Counted from the first letter of the stretch, positions 45,063 to 54,416 are shown. The stretch is 56,592 nt of DNA from Candidatus Woesearchaeota archaeon (GCA_964364885.1 CAYIOA010000001.1:1-56592); one strand, 5' to 3'. Notes: generated by a model from the sequence alone, not told the origin. A program made the numbers and translations.

Positions 45063-45455
45063 ATGGATAAAAAAGCGCAGACAGGCATAGAACTTATCGT
45101 CATAATAAGTGCTGTATTTGTTTTCTTTATTTTTATGTTATTTCTCTTTCAGCAGAGAATATCGGAAAAATCTGCAGAAAAAAGAAATTTAGAAATAACA
45201 GACATAGCGTTGTCTGTCCAAAACGAAATAGAAATTGCATCAAAATCAAGCGAGGGCTATCGCAGGCAGTTCGATCTTCCAGAGTTGATTCTAAACGCCA
45301 ACTATACAATTACCTCCAATGAAAACATTATTTTCATTAACACAACAGACGGCAGACATGCTGTTGCTTTCCCAATTCAAAACGTCACTGGACAAATCCA
45401 GAAAGGCCAAAATATAATAAGAAAGCTCAACGCGACTGTTTTCTTGAATCAATAA
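45063..45455 (+). CDS. Type IV pilin with a class III signal peptide
   Basis: MDKKA|QTGIELIVIISAVFVFFIFMLFLF (Q+1, E+5). Confidence 0.7.
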   Translation: MDKKAQTGIELIVIISAVFVFFIFMLFLFQQRISEKSAEKRNLEITDIALSVQNEIEIASKSSEGYRRQFDLPELILNANYTITSNENIIFINTTDGRHAVAFPIQNVTGQIQKGQNIIRKLNATVFLNQ

Positions 45456-45671
45456 TTAAGAAAGCCTTCTAATAAGATAAGGTACACTTTCAACAGGTTC
45501 AAGATAGATCTCTCTATTAACCGATTTTTCATACTTGTCAAGAAATTCAATACATTCTTTATATTCTCTATAAATCGGATCGCTCCTATCTTGGTTTAAA
45601 ATAGATTCTTTATTATCGGCATATAATTGAATCATCCTGCTAACTATTCCTCCAAGAGTATTCTTTTTCAT
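45456..45671 (-). CDS. Hypothetical protein (71 aa)
   Basis: Small ORF convergent with the pilin genes. No motif recognised. Confidence 0.4.
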   Translation of the reverse strand: MKKNTLGGIVSRMIQLYADNKESILNQDRSDPIYREYKECIEFLDKYEKSVNREIYLEPVESVPYLIRRLS

Positions 45672-45866
45672 TCAGTATCTTAAATCAAGAGACTTTTAAG
45701 ATTAATGGCGGGCAAGTCTCTATATTGCACAATGTGTACTCCAATTCAGCAACCCCCACTTAAAAACACTATAGTATAGAAAATACCGCTATATTGGTAA
45801 AAAACACATAGAAAAATATATAAATACCAAAAATATGGTACATTAAATTAAAACAAATAACTGAAA

Positions 45867-46448
45867 ATGATAGCTAATATACTTGACAAAAATCTTGCAC
45901 AAATAACTGCTTACTTTCTTATTAGCCCAGGTAGCAGGCATACAAGAAAAGAAATTAAGGAACAAACAGAACTGAACAATATTCCTCTTGATGTAACGTT
46001 AACAAAATTACAATCCCTGAATATATTAAAAAAAGAAAAAAACCTGTTTTCTCTTAACTTTGAGTCAGATGAAATAGCAGTATTTTTAAATGCTATTCAA
46101 AAAGAATATAAAAAATTCAACGTGCCTTATAAAATATTCATGGTGCTTCTAGACATAACTGAAAGTTTATCAAAGGTAAAACACATAAATTCTGTAACTC
46201 TCTTCGGGAGCTATGCAAAACTGATTTATTCAGAAAACTCCGATATTGATATAGCGATAATCTTTTCAAACGGAAAAAAAGAGCAAAAGACTCAAGAGAA
46301 AAAGATAGACAAAATATTAAAGAAATTTGGAGATAAATACAAAAAAGTTATTGAGCCCCGCTATTTCACTGAAAGAGAAATAAAAGATAATAAAACTAAG
46401 GATTTTTTAATTAAAGACATTCTAAAAAACGGTAAAGTGATTTTGTAA
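45867..46448 (+). CDS. wHTH plus nucleotidyltransferase-domain protein
   Basis: LFGSYAKLIYSENSDIDIAIIF (GS...DxD) in the C-terminal half. The N-terminal half looks like a winged helix. Confidence 0.65.
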   Translation: MIANILDKNLAQITAYFLISPGSRHTRKEIKEQTELNNIPLDVTLTKLQSLNILKKEKNLFSLNFESDEIAVFLNAIQKEYKKFNVPYKIFMVLLDITESLSKVKHINSVTLFGSYAKLIYSENSDIDIAIIFSNGKKEQKTQEKKIDKILKKFGDKYKKVIEPRYFTEREIKDNKTKDFLIKDILKNGKVIL

Positions 46449-46456
46449 AGTAACTC

Positions 46457-49400
46457 CTAAATTCCAAACACCCTCTTCATCCATCTCACAATAATACTTT
46501 CTTTAGGAGGCGAAAGATAGGCATCATCAATTTCAATATCAAACTCCGTAAAAGAAGCAGAAACTCCTGCAGTATTATAAGCTCTAACACTAACATGAGC
46601 CAATCCATCATCATTTAATCCTGTTAAGTTATACTCCCACTTCCCGCTTCCAGAGTTATAGACTGCATTAACAATCTTATCGCCAATCTTCGGATGTCCA
46701 AATCCTTTCAATTCCAGTTCAACTTTATCAATCCCTCGTGCATCACTAACATTCACTTCAATAACTGAATCAGAACCAATAATATTTTCCACATTAGAAA
46801 CATCCCTGCCATCAATCTGAACACTGTTAATTATTCCAGCAATATTGTTCTGAGCTCCTAAATCTAAAGAAGTAGTATTGCCTCCGCCCCCTCCACCGCC
46901 TCCAGAGCTTCCGCCTCCGCAAGACAGTCTTGCATTGTCCGCCCAGACACATTCATTTCTTGTAGCAAAAGTATTCTTAAAGCCTGTATTAGATTCCGAG
47001 TTATCACACGAAAAGTCCATACTCAGACTACCACAAACCAAGTTGCTATCAAAATTGTTATTAGAACTAGAGAAAAGTACAACTCCCTCCTCGTTATTTA
47101 CAATATTATTATTCCTAATGCTATTTTGAGAGCTCTGAACAATATTAAGCCCTCTTTTATTTGAATCCAATATGTTGTTCTCAACTAAATTATTGTCACT
47201 ATAAATTCCCAAAGCTATACCATTTAGTCCGCTATTATCTACCCTGTTATTAGAAATTATATTTCCAACACCGCGATTAATATAAATCCCATATTCCACA
47301 CTCTTATCTACAAGATTATCGGAAATTATTGAATCAGAAACAACAGTTAAACTAATTCCTGTACCAAAGTTAAAAATCTTTAAATTCTCTATTTTAAGCT
47401 CCTTCATTCCGAGAGAGTTAACGCCTATATCTCCAGCACTGTCATCACCGATAATTGAAAAGCCATTTCCATCTAAAGTAATATTGTTTGCTGTTATAAC
47501 AAAGCAATCCGAGGTTGTTGTTATGTCCTTAGCAAGAATATACTTCGTGTTTGGTTTGTCAAGAGTCTGACAGCCATTCAATAAAACACCCTCAAGGCAT
47601 GCTCCATCCACACAACCATTATCACATTTGATTACATTTTCCATTATTACTCCATTATCACAATATTGCTCGTGTATATAATCAACATAAACCCCACCTC
47701 TTCCTCCAGTCCTCTGACAATAGTCCTCGTCGCTCTCTCCATAAGGCACATACGTAGTAGACTTCGTATAAATTCCGTCAGGTCCGTCAGGATCAATACA
47801 GCCATACCCGTCATCTACAATCTTTGGAACAGTATAATTAACAATTAAAGTCGGCTTAAGGGAAGGGTCTTTAGACCCCATAAAGAATAGCTGAAGTTCT
47901 GTATATTCTCCATTATTAGGAGTAGTATAGAGGTCATACCCCCCACGTAATCCAAATACAGTATAGCCATTATTATTAATAGTAGCCAGCCCATCAGAAT
48001 TCAATGGAAAAACTATATTTACATTAGATGCAAGTTGCCCACTTATATCAAATCTATCACTCAATTCCATAGGATTATCTACTGAACTAAACTGATCAAA
48101 ATCTTCAGTAGTTAAAAATGGGGGATTTTTTAAAGTTGTAGGCACAATAGTAATAAAATCATCTGAATTTGGATGTGTGTTAATATAAAAATCAGAAGAT
48201 TTTGAAAGACTCAATTCTGCAGAATCAATTATGGCAGAATCTGGCAATGAACTTGTATAAAATGGAATTGAGATTCTATAAAGAAGAGAAAAAGAGGTTG
48301 ATGGGTCTGATTTTAGCAATAATAAATAGTCAGAAATTGGGGGTTGGGGGCTTATTCCATCTCCATTTGGACTTTTTCTCAGATCATCCCATGACCCTAC
48401 CGAGATCATGGATGATCTATATACTCCTGTTCCTTCATTATCTGCTGTGAATATAGCAGTACAAGAATTATTTCCATTATAAACATCTCCAGGAGCACAT
48501 ATAGGACCCGTACATTGTGATACATCAAAATCACAATGTAACATACATCCTAAATTGCCATATCTAAAGCCCAGAGTCTCACAAGTATGACCATTTAGAT
48601 TCTGACCATCACAATCTTCTCCAAGATCAATGATGCCATCCCCACAATCTATAGACCCCACATACAATTCAATACTCGTATCATTTAGATTTAACGTAGT
48701 CACCATAATATCATTATTTGAGTCATAAAAAGTTTCGCCTTGTCTAAGAACAACATCAAGGCTATTAGCAGTATTACGAGAGCTATCTAATAACTGTGTA
48801 TCCCCACTCCCAATAAAAGAATCAATATGTAACATTGCTCCATCATAAACATTTCCTCCATAATTAAAATTATATATATCAAAACCAATAGGTCTGCGAT
48901 ATTCAAAATAATAATTATAATTCGAAGTAGGAATTTTTAATCCTTTAACCCCTCCTGTATTAGTTTCAAGAGGTTCAATAAAATAACTTCCACGACTATT
49001 TACTTCTAAAATTTGTTGAGGATCTAACCAACCAATAGTTTCCTTATGGATTATATTAAAATAACCTTTATTATTGGACAAACCCATAATATCAAATGGA
49101 TCTCCGTAATAAACTGTAAAACATTTGTTAATTAGATCAATAGTTGAAGCTCCACAATTAAGAAAATTGGCATGCTCGATACCAAAATTATGACCTAATT
49201 CATGAGCAGTAACCCCGAAATTCCAACCCGAACTATAAACCCCATTTAACCATGATACAGCTAAAGAAGCAGGACCATCAGATGTTTGATGGGTATATTC
49301 GCCAACACTTCCCGCTCCACCAAAACTACATAAATTAGCGCCCCACACGATTACTAATTTATCAACAGTCAACCAATTAATGTCCCTGCTTATAAGAGGA

Positions 49401-50137
49401 TCATTTAGTATCTTATCCGTAATAGCAGATATATCACATTTTGCATTTAATGATAAAGTATAATATGGATATACTGTAGGAACAAGCCAAGATTTGCCAT
49501 ATGAATTCTCTCGATAATACTGACTAACTCCAGCCATAATGGAGTATGCTTCGGTTTCACTTAAAAAATCAGTCTGATCATCCAAAAACTTAATACGAAC
49601 ATAAGCTACTTTCTGCTCCCCCAAATTTGGATTCGCTGCTACTCCTGCTAATATTTGAGGTTGATATAAAATTTCATAATTATCTACAGCAAATTCACTT
49701 TGATTATTAACTTCTAAAGTCCTACCTCTAATCTCTATTCGTTCACCAGAGATCAATCTCGGATCAATAGAAAAATATACCCTACTACGCTTCCCGTCTC
49801 CTTCTCTAAAAAAATACTGATTTTCGCTCCTGGCATTTTCAAAATCATCAACATGAACAACCTCCAAATCTCCAGTTTTTACTGTGGATTTCCCATGAGT
49901 AGAAACATAAGCCATTCTATCCATAACAGATTGCTTGTTAAACAATTGCACTCCAGGTATCTTTTCAGAAGCACCTCTCTGTAGAGTATCGCCATTAAAG
50001 AACCTCTGTTCAGGGCTTTGTGCAACATCCTCAAATCCTAAAAAGAGTATAACACTCAAACCTATCAAAAATAATAGGGCAATAACAAATAAAAAGAATA
50101 TTCTATTTTTACGCCAGACAACCTTCCTCTTTTTCAT
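46457..50137 (-). CDS. 1,226-aa secreted or anchored protein with zincin metalloprotease, Cys-rich repeat, right-handed beta-helix (PbH1/NosD-like) and Ig-like domains
   Basis: N-terminal anchor IFFLFVIALLFLIGLSVILFLGF. HELGHNFGIEH (HExxHxxGxxH). CGDGIIDLGEDCDG. Parallel beta-helix repeats (ISDNLVDKSVEYGIYIN..ISNNRVDNSGLNGIAL..VENNILDSNKRGLNIV). Gly run GGGSSGGGGGGGGN. Confidence 0.88.
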   Translation of the reverse strand: MKKRKVVWRKNRIFFLFVIALLFLIGLSVILFLGFEDVAQSPEQRFFNGDTLQRGASEKIPGVQLFNKQSVMDRMAYVSTHGKSTVKTGDLEVVHVDDFENARSENQYFFREGDGKRSRVYFSIDPRLISGERIEIRGRTLEVNNQSEFAVDNYEILYQPQILAGVAANPNLGEQKVAYVRIKFLDDQTDFLSETEAYSIMAGVSQYYRENSYGKSWLVPTVYPYYTLSLNAKCDISAITDKILNDPLISRDINWLTVDKLVIVWGANLCSFGGAGSVGEYTHQTSDGPASLAVSWLNGVYSSGWNFGVTAHELGHNFGIEHANFLNCGASTIDLINKCFTVYYGDPFDIMGLSNNKGYFNIIHKETIGWLDPQQILEVNSRGSYFIEPLETNTGGVKGLKIPTSNYNYYFEYRRPIGFDIYNFNYGGNVYDGAMLHIDSFIGSGDTQLLDSSRNTANSLDVVLRQGETFYDSNNDIMVTTLNLNDTSIELYVGSIDCGDGIIDLGEDCDGQNLNGHTCETLGFRYGNLGCMLHCDFDVSQCTGPICAPGDVYNGNNSCTAIFTADNEGTGVYRSSMISVGSWDDLRKSPNGDGISPQPPISDYLLLLKSDPSTSFSLLYRISIPFYTSSLPDSAIIDSAELSLSKSSDFYINTHPNSDDFITIVPTTLKNPPFLTTEDFDQFSSVDNPMELSDRFDISGQLASNVNIVFPLNSDGLATINNNGYTVFGLRGGYDLYTTPNNGEYTELQLFFMGSKDPSLKPTLIVNYTVPKIVDDGYGCIDPDGPDGIYTKSTTYVPYGESDEDYCQRTGGRGGVYVDYIHEQYCDNGVIMENVIKCDNGCVDGACLEGVLLNGCQTLDKPNTKYILAKDITTTSDCFVITANNITLDGNGFSIIGDDSAGDIGVNSLGMKELKIENLKIFNFGTGISLTVVSDSIISDNLVDKSVEYGIYINRGVGNIISNNRVDNSGLNGIALGIYSDNNLVENNILDSNKRGLNIVQSSQNSIRNNNIVNNEEGVVLFSSSNNNFDSNLVCGSLSMDFSCDNSESNTGFKNTFATRNECVWADNARLSCGGGSSGGGGGGGGNTTSLDLGAQNNIAGIINSVQIDGRDVSNVENIIGSDSVIEVNVSDARGIDKVELELKGFGHPKIGDKIVNAVYNSGSGKWEYNLTGLNDDGLAHVSVRAYNTAGVSASFTEFDIEIDDAYLSPPKESIIVRWMKRVFGI

Positions 50138-50173
50138 CTTGTTAAGAATAAAAAGAGATATATTAATGTTTCT

Positions 50174-51946
50174 TCACTCAACAACCGCCTTAATCCTTCT
50201 AACACCCGCAGCAGCACTTTCCTCTTTAATAATCTTAAATCTTCCAAGTTCTTTCGTGTTATTAACATGGGGCCCTGTGCAAATTTCTTTGCTGAACCAT
50301 CCTTTGCCACCTCGCCCCCAGATTGTATAAACCGAAACAAGCTCAGGATATTTCGCCCCAAACTCTGCCTGCGCTCCTGAATTCAAGGCATCTTTCAATA
50401 ACATTTCTTCCATCCTAACCTCCAAACCTTCATCAATCTTCTCCTGCACTAATTTCTCAATTTTCTTAATTTCTTCTCCTGTCAATTTCCTTGAAAAATT
50501 AAAATCGAATCTCAATCTCTCAGGATTTATATTTGAGCCTTTTTGTTTTACTTCCTTTCCAAGAACTCTTCTCAAAACCTCATTCAACAAATGTGTAGCA
50601 GTATGCAGTTTCCGCGTCGCTTCAGAATCATCAGCCAATCCTGACTTAAACATTCCGGATGAAGCTGTCCGCGATAAATCTTGATGCCTCTTAAATTCCT
50701 CGTTATATTCTTCTAAATCAACTTTAATTCCTTTCTCATCAGCCAGTTCTTCAGTCATCTCAATAGGAAAACCATAACTTTGAAACAGCAAGAATGCCTC
50801 TTTCCCGCTCAATAATCTATCCTCGGCAAGCTCATTAAATTTCTTTAAGCCTTTCTCAAGTGTTAAACTAAAGCGCTCTTCCTCTTCATCCAGCTGTTCA
50901 ATTACAAATTTGTGATTTCTCTCAAGCTCCTGATAATCCGGATATTCCTTAACAATTATTTTAGCTATTTTACCGCAAAATTTATCTTGCATACCAAGTA
51001 TCTTCCCATATCTAATTGCTCGCCTGATCAATCTCCTTAAAACATATCCCTGCCCCAAATTCGAAGGTTTTATTCCTCGCTCATCTCCCAAAATAAAAAC
51101 ACTCGCCCGTAAATGATCTGTAATAATTCTAAATGCCTTTTCATTTCCCTTATATTTCTTTCCGCTTATCTCCTCAATCTCCTCAATAATTGGAGCAAAT
51201 ATCGAAGTTTGAAATACATCACGAATTCCATTCAAGACCGCGATCGTCCTCTCAACCCCTCCACCAAAATCCACATTCTTCTGCTTTGCCTTTTCATATT
51301 TTCCTCCCCGCATCTTCACATACTCCATCAAAACATCATTTCCGATTTCAATCCAATTATCATCTTCTGGCTCAAATTTTTTCGGCGGTTTTTTCCCAGC
51401 ATAATAAAACATTTCTGTATCCGGCCCGCACGGCCCAAACTCCCCTGCAGGCCCCCACCAATTATCTTCCTTTCCCAAGAACACAATTCTATCCTTCGGA
51501 ATACCAAGACTCTCCCAAATTTTAGCACTCTCTGTATCTTTATCAGCATTCTCATCACCTTTAAAACAACTTACGCCTAATTTACTAATTGGAATATCCA
51601 GAACCTTAGTTAAAAATTCAAAACTAAATTTTATCGCTTCCTCTTTCCAATAACCTGCAAGAGACCAGTTTCCCAGCATCTCAAAAAAAGTCAAATGCAC
51701 TTCATCCCCAACTTCGTCAATATCGCCCGTCCTAATGCATTTCTGCACATTCACAAGTCTTTTCCCAAGCGGGTGTTTCATTCCCTGCAAATACGGAACA
51801 AGAGGATGCATTCCCGCAGTTGTAAACAATACAGTCGGATCATTCTCAGGAATTAGCGAAGATGAAGGTATATGATGGTGCCCTTGCCTCTTAAAATAAT
51901 CAATATACAGCTTTATCAGCTCCTGCCGCGTTTTTACTTTCCTCAT
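50174..51946 (-). CDS. alaS: Alanyl-tRNA synthetase, bacterial-type, ending after the editing domain (no C-Ala domain)
   Basis: FTTAGMHPLVPYLQG and WGPAGEFGPCGPDTE, with editing-site HTATHLL and CTGPHV. 590 aa. Confidence 0.88.
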   Translation of the reverse strand: MRKVKTRQELIKLYIDYFKRQGHHHIPSSSLIPENDPTVLFTTAGMHPLVPYLQGMKHPLGKRLVNVQKCIRTGDIDEVGDEVHLTFFEMLGNWSLAGYWKEEAIKFSFEFLTKVLDIPISKLGVSCFKGDENADKDTESAKIWESLGIPKDRIVFLGKEDNWWGPAGEFGPCGPDTEMFYYAGKKPPKKFEPEDDNWIEIGNDVLMEYVKMRGGKYEKAKQKNVDFGGGVERTIAVLNGIRDVFQTSIFAPIIEEIEEISGKKYKGNEKAFRIITDHLRASVFILGDERGIKPSNLGQGYVLRRLIRRAIRYGKILGMQDKFCGKIAKIIVKEYPDYQELERNHKFVIEQLDEEEERFSLTLEKGLKKFNELAEDRLLSGKEAFLLFQSYGFPIEMTEELADEKGIKVDLEEYNEEFKRHQDLSRTASSGMFKSGLADDSEATRKLHTATHLLNEVLRRVLGKEVKQKGSNINPERLRFDFNFSRKLTGEEIKKIEKLVQEKIDEGLEVRMEEMLLKDALNSGAQAEFGAKYPELVSVYTIWGRGGKGWFSKEICTGPHVNNTKELGRFKIIKEESAAAGVRRIKAVVE

Positions 51947-52079
51947 GCTAAGTAAAAATTATTAAACTATATAAAATTGGCGTTATTTGCTTGCAGGTAG
52001 TTATTCATCACACAAAACAGCCAAAAACCTTAAATAGTAATTATTACATATGTAACAAGAGATAATTACAAAAGTAATA

Positions 52080-52487
52080 ATGAAAATAGAACAGCATGAA
52101 GAAGCCTACAAAGAGCATTTAAGCAGCATAAACAGAGCAATTGAAGAAGGAATTGAATCCAATCAGAGAAACATAGGGTATAATGTTTCACAAGGCTCAA
52201 TTGAGCTATTCGCAATTTTTCTTCATAAGCTTCATCTCATTCAGGGCTCAGGAGACCAGCTAGACCATAGAGTATTCAAAAGCCCTTCTTTAATCGACAA
52301 AAAGATTCCTATGGATTTTCCAAACAAAGTTAAAATTCTAAACTTGCTAAAAGCAATAGAAACAGAAAGAAACGCTCTCTGCTACGGAAACAGAAAACCA
52401 GAAACTAGAATTGAGAAAGCAATCCATAATTTCAATCAATTAAGAAAAATAATCAATGAGGAGTTAAAAAATGCCAGAACAAAATAA
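52080..52487 (+). CDS. Hypothetical helical protein, possible HEPN-like partner of the downstream nucleotidyltransferase
   Basis: 135-aa ORF overlapping the next gene by 17 nt. I could not find an Rx4-6H motif. Confidence 0.5.
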   Translation: MKIEQHEEAYKEHLSSINRAIEEGIESNQRNIGYNVSQGSIELFAIFLHKLHLIQGSGDQLDHRVFKSPSLIDKKIPMDFPNKVKILNLLKAIETERNALCYGNRKPETRIEKAIHNFNQLRKIINEELKNARTK

Positions 52488-53091
52488 ATTAATATCTTAC
52501 GCAATGGACATATCTTCTTACTTAATTAGTAAACTGAGTACAATAGATCAAATCATCCTTCATGGTTCAATTGCAAGAGGTGATTTTGATGAGCACTCAG
52601 ACATAGATTTATTCATAAATGCAAAAGACAAGTCCCTAAAAAACAAAATTCAAAAACTAATAGACTCGTATTACAAAACTGCTAAATATAATGAATGGAA
52701 GTTAAAAGGAATAACAACTCTTATTTCGCCAATAGTAGGCGATATTGATGGCCCGGAATGGAAAAACCTCAAGCGGGCAATTGCGAACACAGGCATTATT
52801 CTCTATGGGAAATATAAAACAGAGGCTGAAAAAGTAAGCCAGTATACTTTAATTTCTTTTGAGAATATCTCTCCAGACAAAAAAAGAATAGCAATTCATA
52901 GAAAACTTTTTGGTTTTAAACAAAATAAAAAGTACTATTCTGGCTTATTAGAAAAAACAAATTCTATAAGGATAGGAAAAGGAGCAATCTTAACTCCTAT
53001 AGAACACACTCAGAAAATTCTCAATTACCTGAAAGAAAAAAAGATAACACCAAAACTCTTTGACTTTTGGTCTGATGAAAAACTTGTTTAA
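52471..53091 (+). CDS. Nucleotidyltransferase-domain protein
   Basis: LHGSIARGDFDEHSDIDLFI (GS...DxD) plus a ~130-aa C-terminal extension. Confidence 0.7.
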   Translation: MPEQNKLISYAMDISSYLISKLSTIDQIILHGSIARGDFDEHSDIDLFINAKDKSLKNKIQKLIDSYYKTAKYNEWKLKGITTLISPIVGDIDGPEWKNLKRAIANTGIILYGKYKTEAEKVSQYTLISFENISPDKKRIAIHRKLFGFKQNKKYYSGLLEKTNSIRIGKGAILTPIEHTQKILNYLKEKKITPKLFDFWSDEKLV

Positions 53092-53175
53092 TCATCTCCC
53101 GTCTTGTCTCCACACGTTTTAATATCTATTTAGAAGTATAATAATTTATAAAAAAAGTGGGCAGATAGTGAGGAA

Positions 53176-53484
53176 TTAATCTTTAACTTCATCTAAAATG
53201 ATTTTATCGTCAAATCCACCTCTTTCCTCTCTCTTTTTCTTTTGAACTTCAACAATCTCTTCAATAGTCCATCTCTTAAGAAAATTTATTGAAGTTATAA
53301 CTTCAAAAATATCAGCCATTTCTTCCTTATTGCTATCTTTAATAAATTCATCAACTTCCTCTTTTAGCTTAGCTTTTAATTTATCCCAATACTCCTTTTC
53401 ATCTGCAATATGAGTCACAGAAGTTTTGCCTTTTTCTTTAATTATTTGAGGAATTTTATCACGAACTAGTTTATTGTATTTCAT
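53176..53484 (-). CDS. MazG-like nucleoside triphosphate pyrophosphohydrolase (small single-domain form)
   Basis: MKYNKLVRDKIPQII... and EEVDEF...EEMADIFEVI (EExxE/D metal motifs). Confidence 0.7.
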   Translation of the reverse strand: MKYNKLVRDKIPQIIKEKGKTSVTHIADEKEYWDKLKAKLKEEVDEFIKDSNKEEMADIFEVITSINFLKRWTIEEIVEVQKKKREERGGFDDKIILDEVKD

Positions 53485-53515
53485 ATAAATGTTAGAGAGA
53501 ATAATCAGTTATATA

Positions 53516-53613
53516 TTTTGTCATAAGAATCATTACATGTTTTGTCATAAAAATTAAGCCAGCTTTTCTAGGCACAATTTATAAATTTAAGCCCTATTTC
53601 TAGGACATAATTT
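53516..53613. repeat. Two pairs of intergenic direct repeats, upstream of the MazG-like gene and downstream of the 53616-54416 stop
   Basis: TTTTGTCATAA at 53516-53526 and 53540-53550. TTAAGCCAGCTTTTCTAGGCACAATTT (53554-53580) versus TTAAGCCCTATTTCTAGGACATAATTT (53587-53613). Confidence 0.6.
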
Positions 53614-53615
53614 CT

Positions 53616-54416
53616 TTAGGCGGTAACTTTCAAGTCAGACTTAAGCTTTCTTTTCTCATAGAGATAAAGCTCGTACAAGCCCGAGAATGAATTAAGTCCC
53701 AACTGAAGGGCCCCGATTCCCAAGGCTATATCCGGATTAGCCTTATAAAGATAAAGATAGCCCATTATCGGAAATGTCCCCAGAGAAGGAACAATTACAC
53801 TTAAAAAACCAGTTAAATACGAATATCTTCTAACCTCACTCCAAGAAGCAGTTTTACTTTTGTTATTATCTGCCTCACGAAGTCTACGTACCATAGTTGG
53901 TATCGCCATAGCTGTCTCAAAAAAACCTTGCATATATCCGCCCACAGCCTGCCCTACTTTAATTGCAGCATTTTTAGCAGCGCATAAATCAGTATCATAC
54001 TTACTAAAAAAATCAGCCTTGTCCGCAGAAGTAACCTTCGCGTATAAACCAGTTTTTTCTCTGCTCCCAACCATGAGGGCTTCTTTTAAACTTCTAAATT
54101 TCTCACCATAAACAGCTTCATAAATATCTGGATGTTCAGATAAATATGCAAATTCTCCTTGAATCAGTAATTCTCTCGTTGTCCCAAAAATGATTGTCCT
54201 TCCATTTTCATCATCAATCGCCTTGAATGTCTTTCCTCTAATTTTCCCCTCATACAATTCATGGGGCTTCCTCTTCGCCTTTTCCGCTGGATTCTCTGTC
54301 AGCACAGATTCAGCTTCACGTTCATTTACTGCCTCCAAAATCGATTTAGCAACTTTTCTTTCTAGCAATCCTTCTTCCATAAAAAAACATAGAACAAACA
54401 TATATAAATATTTCAC
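53616..54416 (-). CDS. Hypothetical protein with C-terminal TM helices
   Basis: Long ORF. The likely true start is the ATG at 54380 (MEEGLLERK). No motif recognised. Confidence 0.5.
   Translation of the reverse strand: MKYLYMFVLCFFMEEGLLERKVAKSILEAVNEREAESVLTENPAEKAKRKPHELYEGKIRGKTFKAIDDENGRTIIFGTTRELLIQGEFAYLSEHPDIYEAVYGEKFRSLKEALMVGSREKTGLYAKVTSADKADFFSKYDTDLCAAKNAAIKVGQAVGGYMQGFFETAMAIPTMVRRLREADNNKSKTASWSEVRRYSYLTGFLSVIVPSLGTFPIMGYLYLYKANPDIALGIGALQLGLNSFSGLYELYLYEKRKLKSDLKVTA

Noticed and set aside
24604-45455. Interpretation of the island as an archaellum (motility) locus
   Set aside because: FlaH-, FlaI- and FlaJ-like genes are present. However, the platform is split in Tad/Epd style and the filament subunits carry Q+1 pilin-type signals. 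I see no FlaF, FlaG or FlaC/D/E-like genes. An adhesive pilus is the better reading.
46878-46925. GC-rich island (CCTCCGCCCCCTCCACCGCCTCCAGAGCTTCCGCCTCCGC) as a possible regulatory element or slippage tract
   Set aside because: It is the antisense of a Gly/Ser linker (GGGSSGGGGGGGGN) inside the 1,226-aa ORF. The codons are mixed (GGA, GGC, GGG, GGT), so it is not a simple homopolymer.
49935-50361. ORFs 49935-50330 (plus) and 50134-50361 (minus) spanning the junction of the 1,226-aa gene and alaS
   Set aside because: They overlap the well-supported 3' end of alaS and the 5' end of the large surface-protein gene, and their translations carry no motifs. They are treated as spurious.
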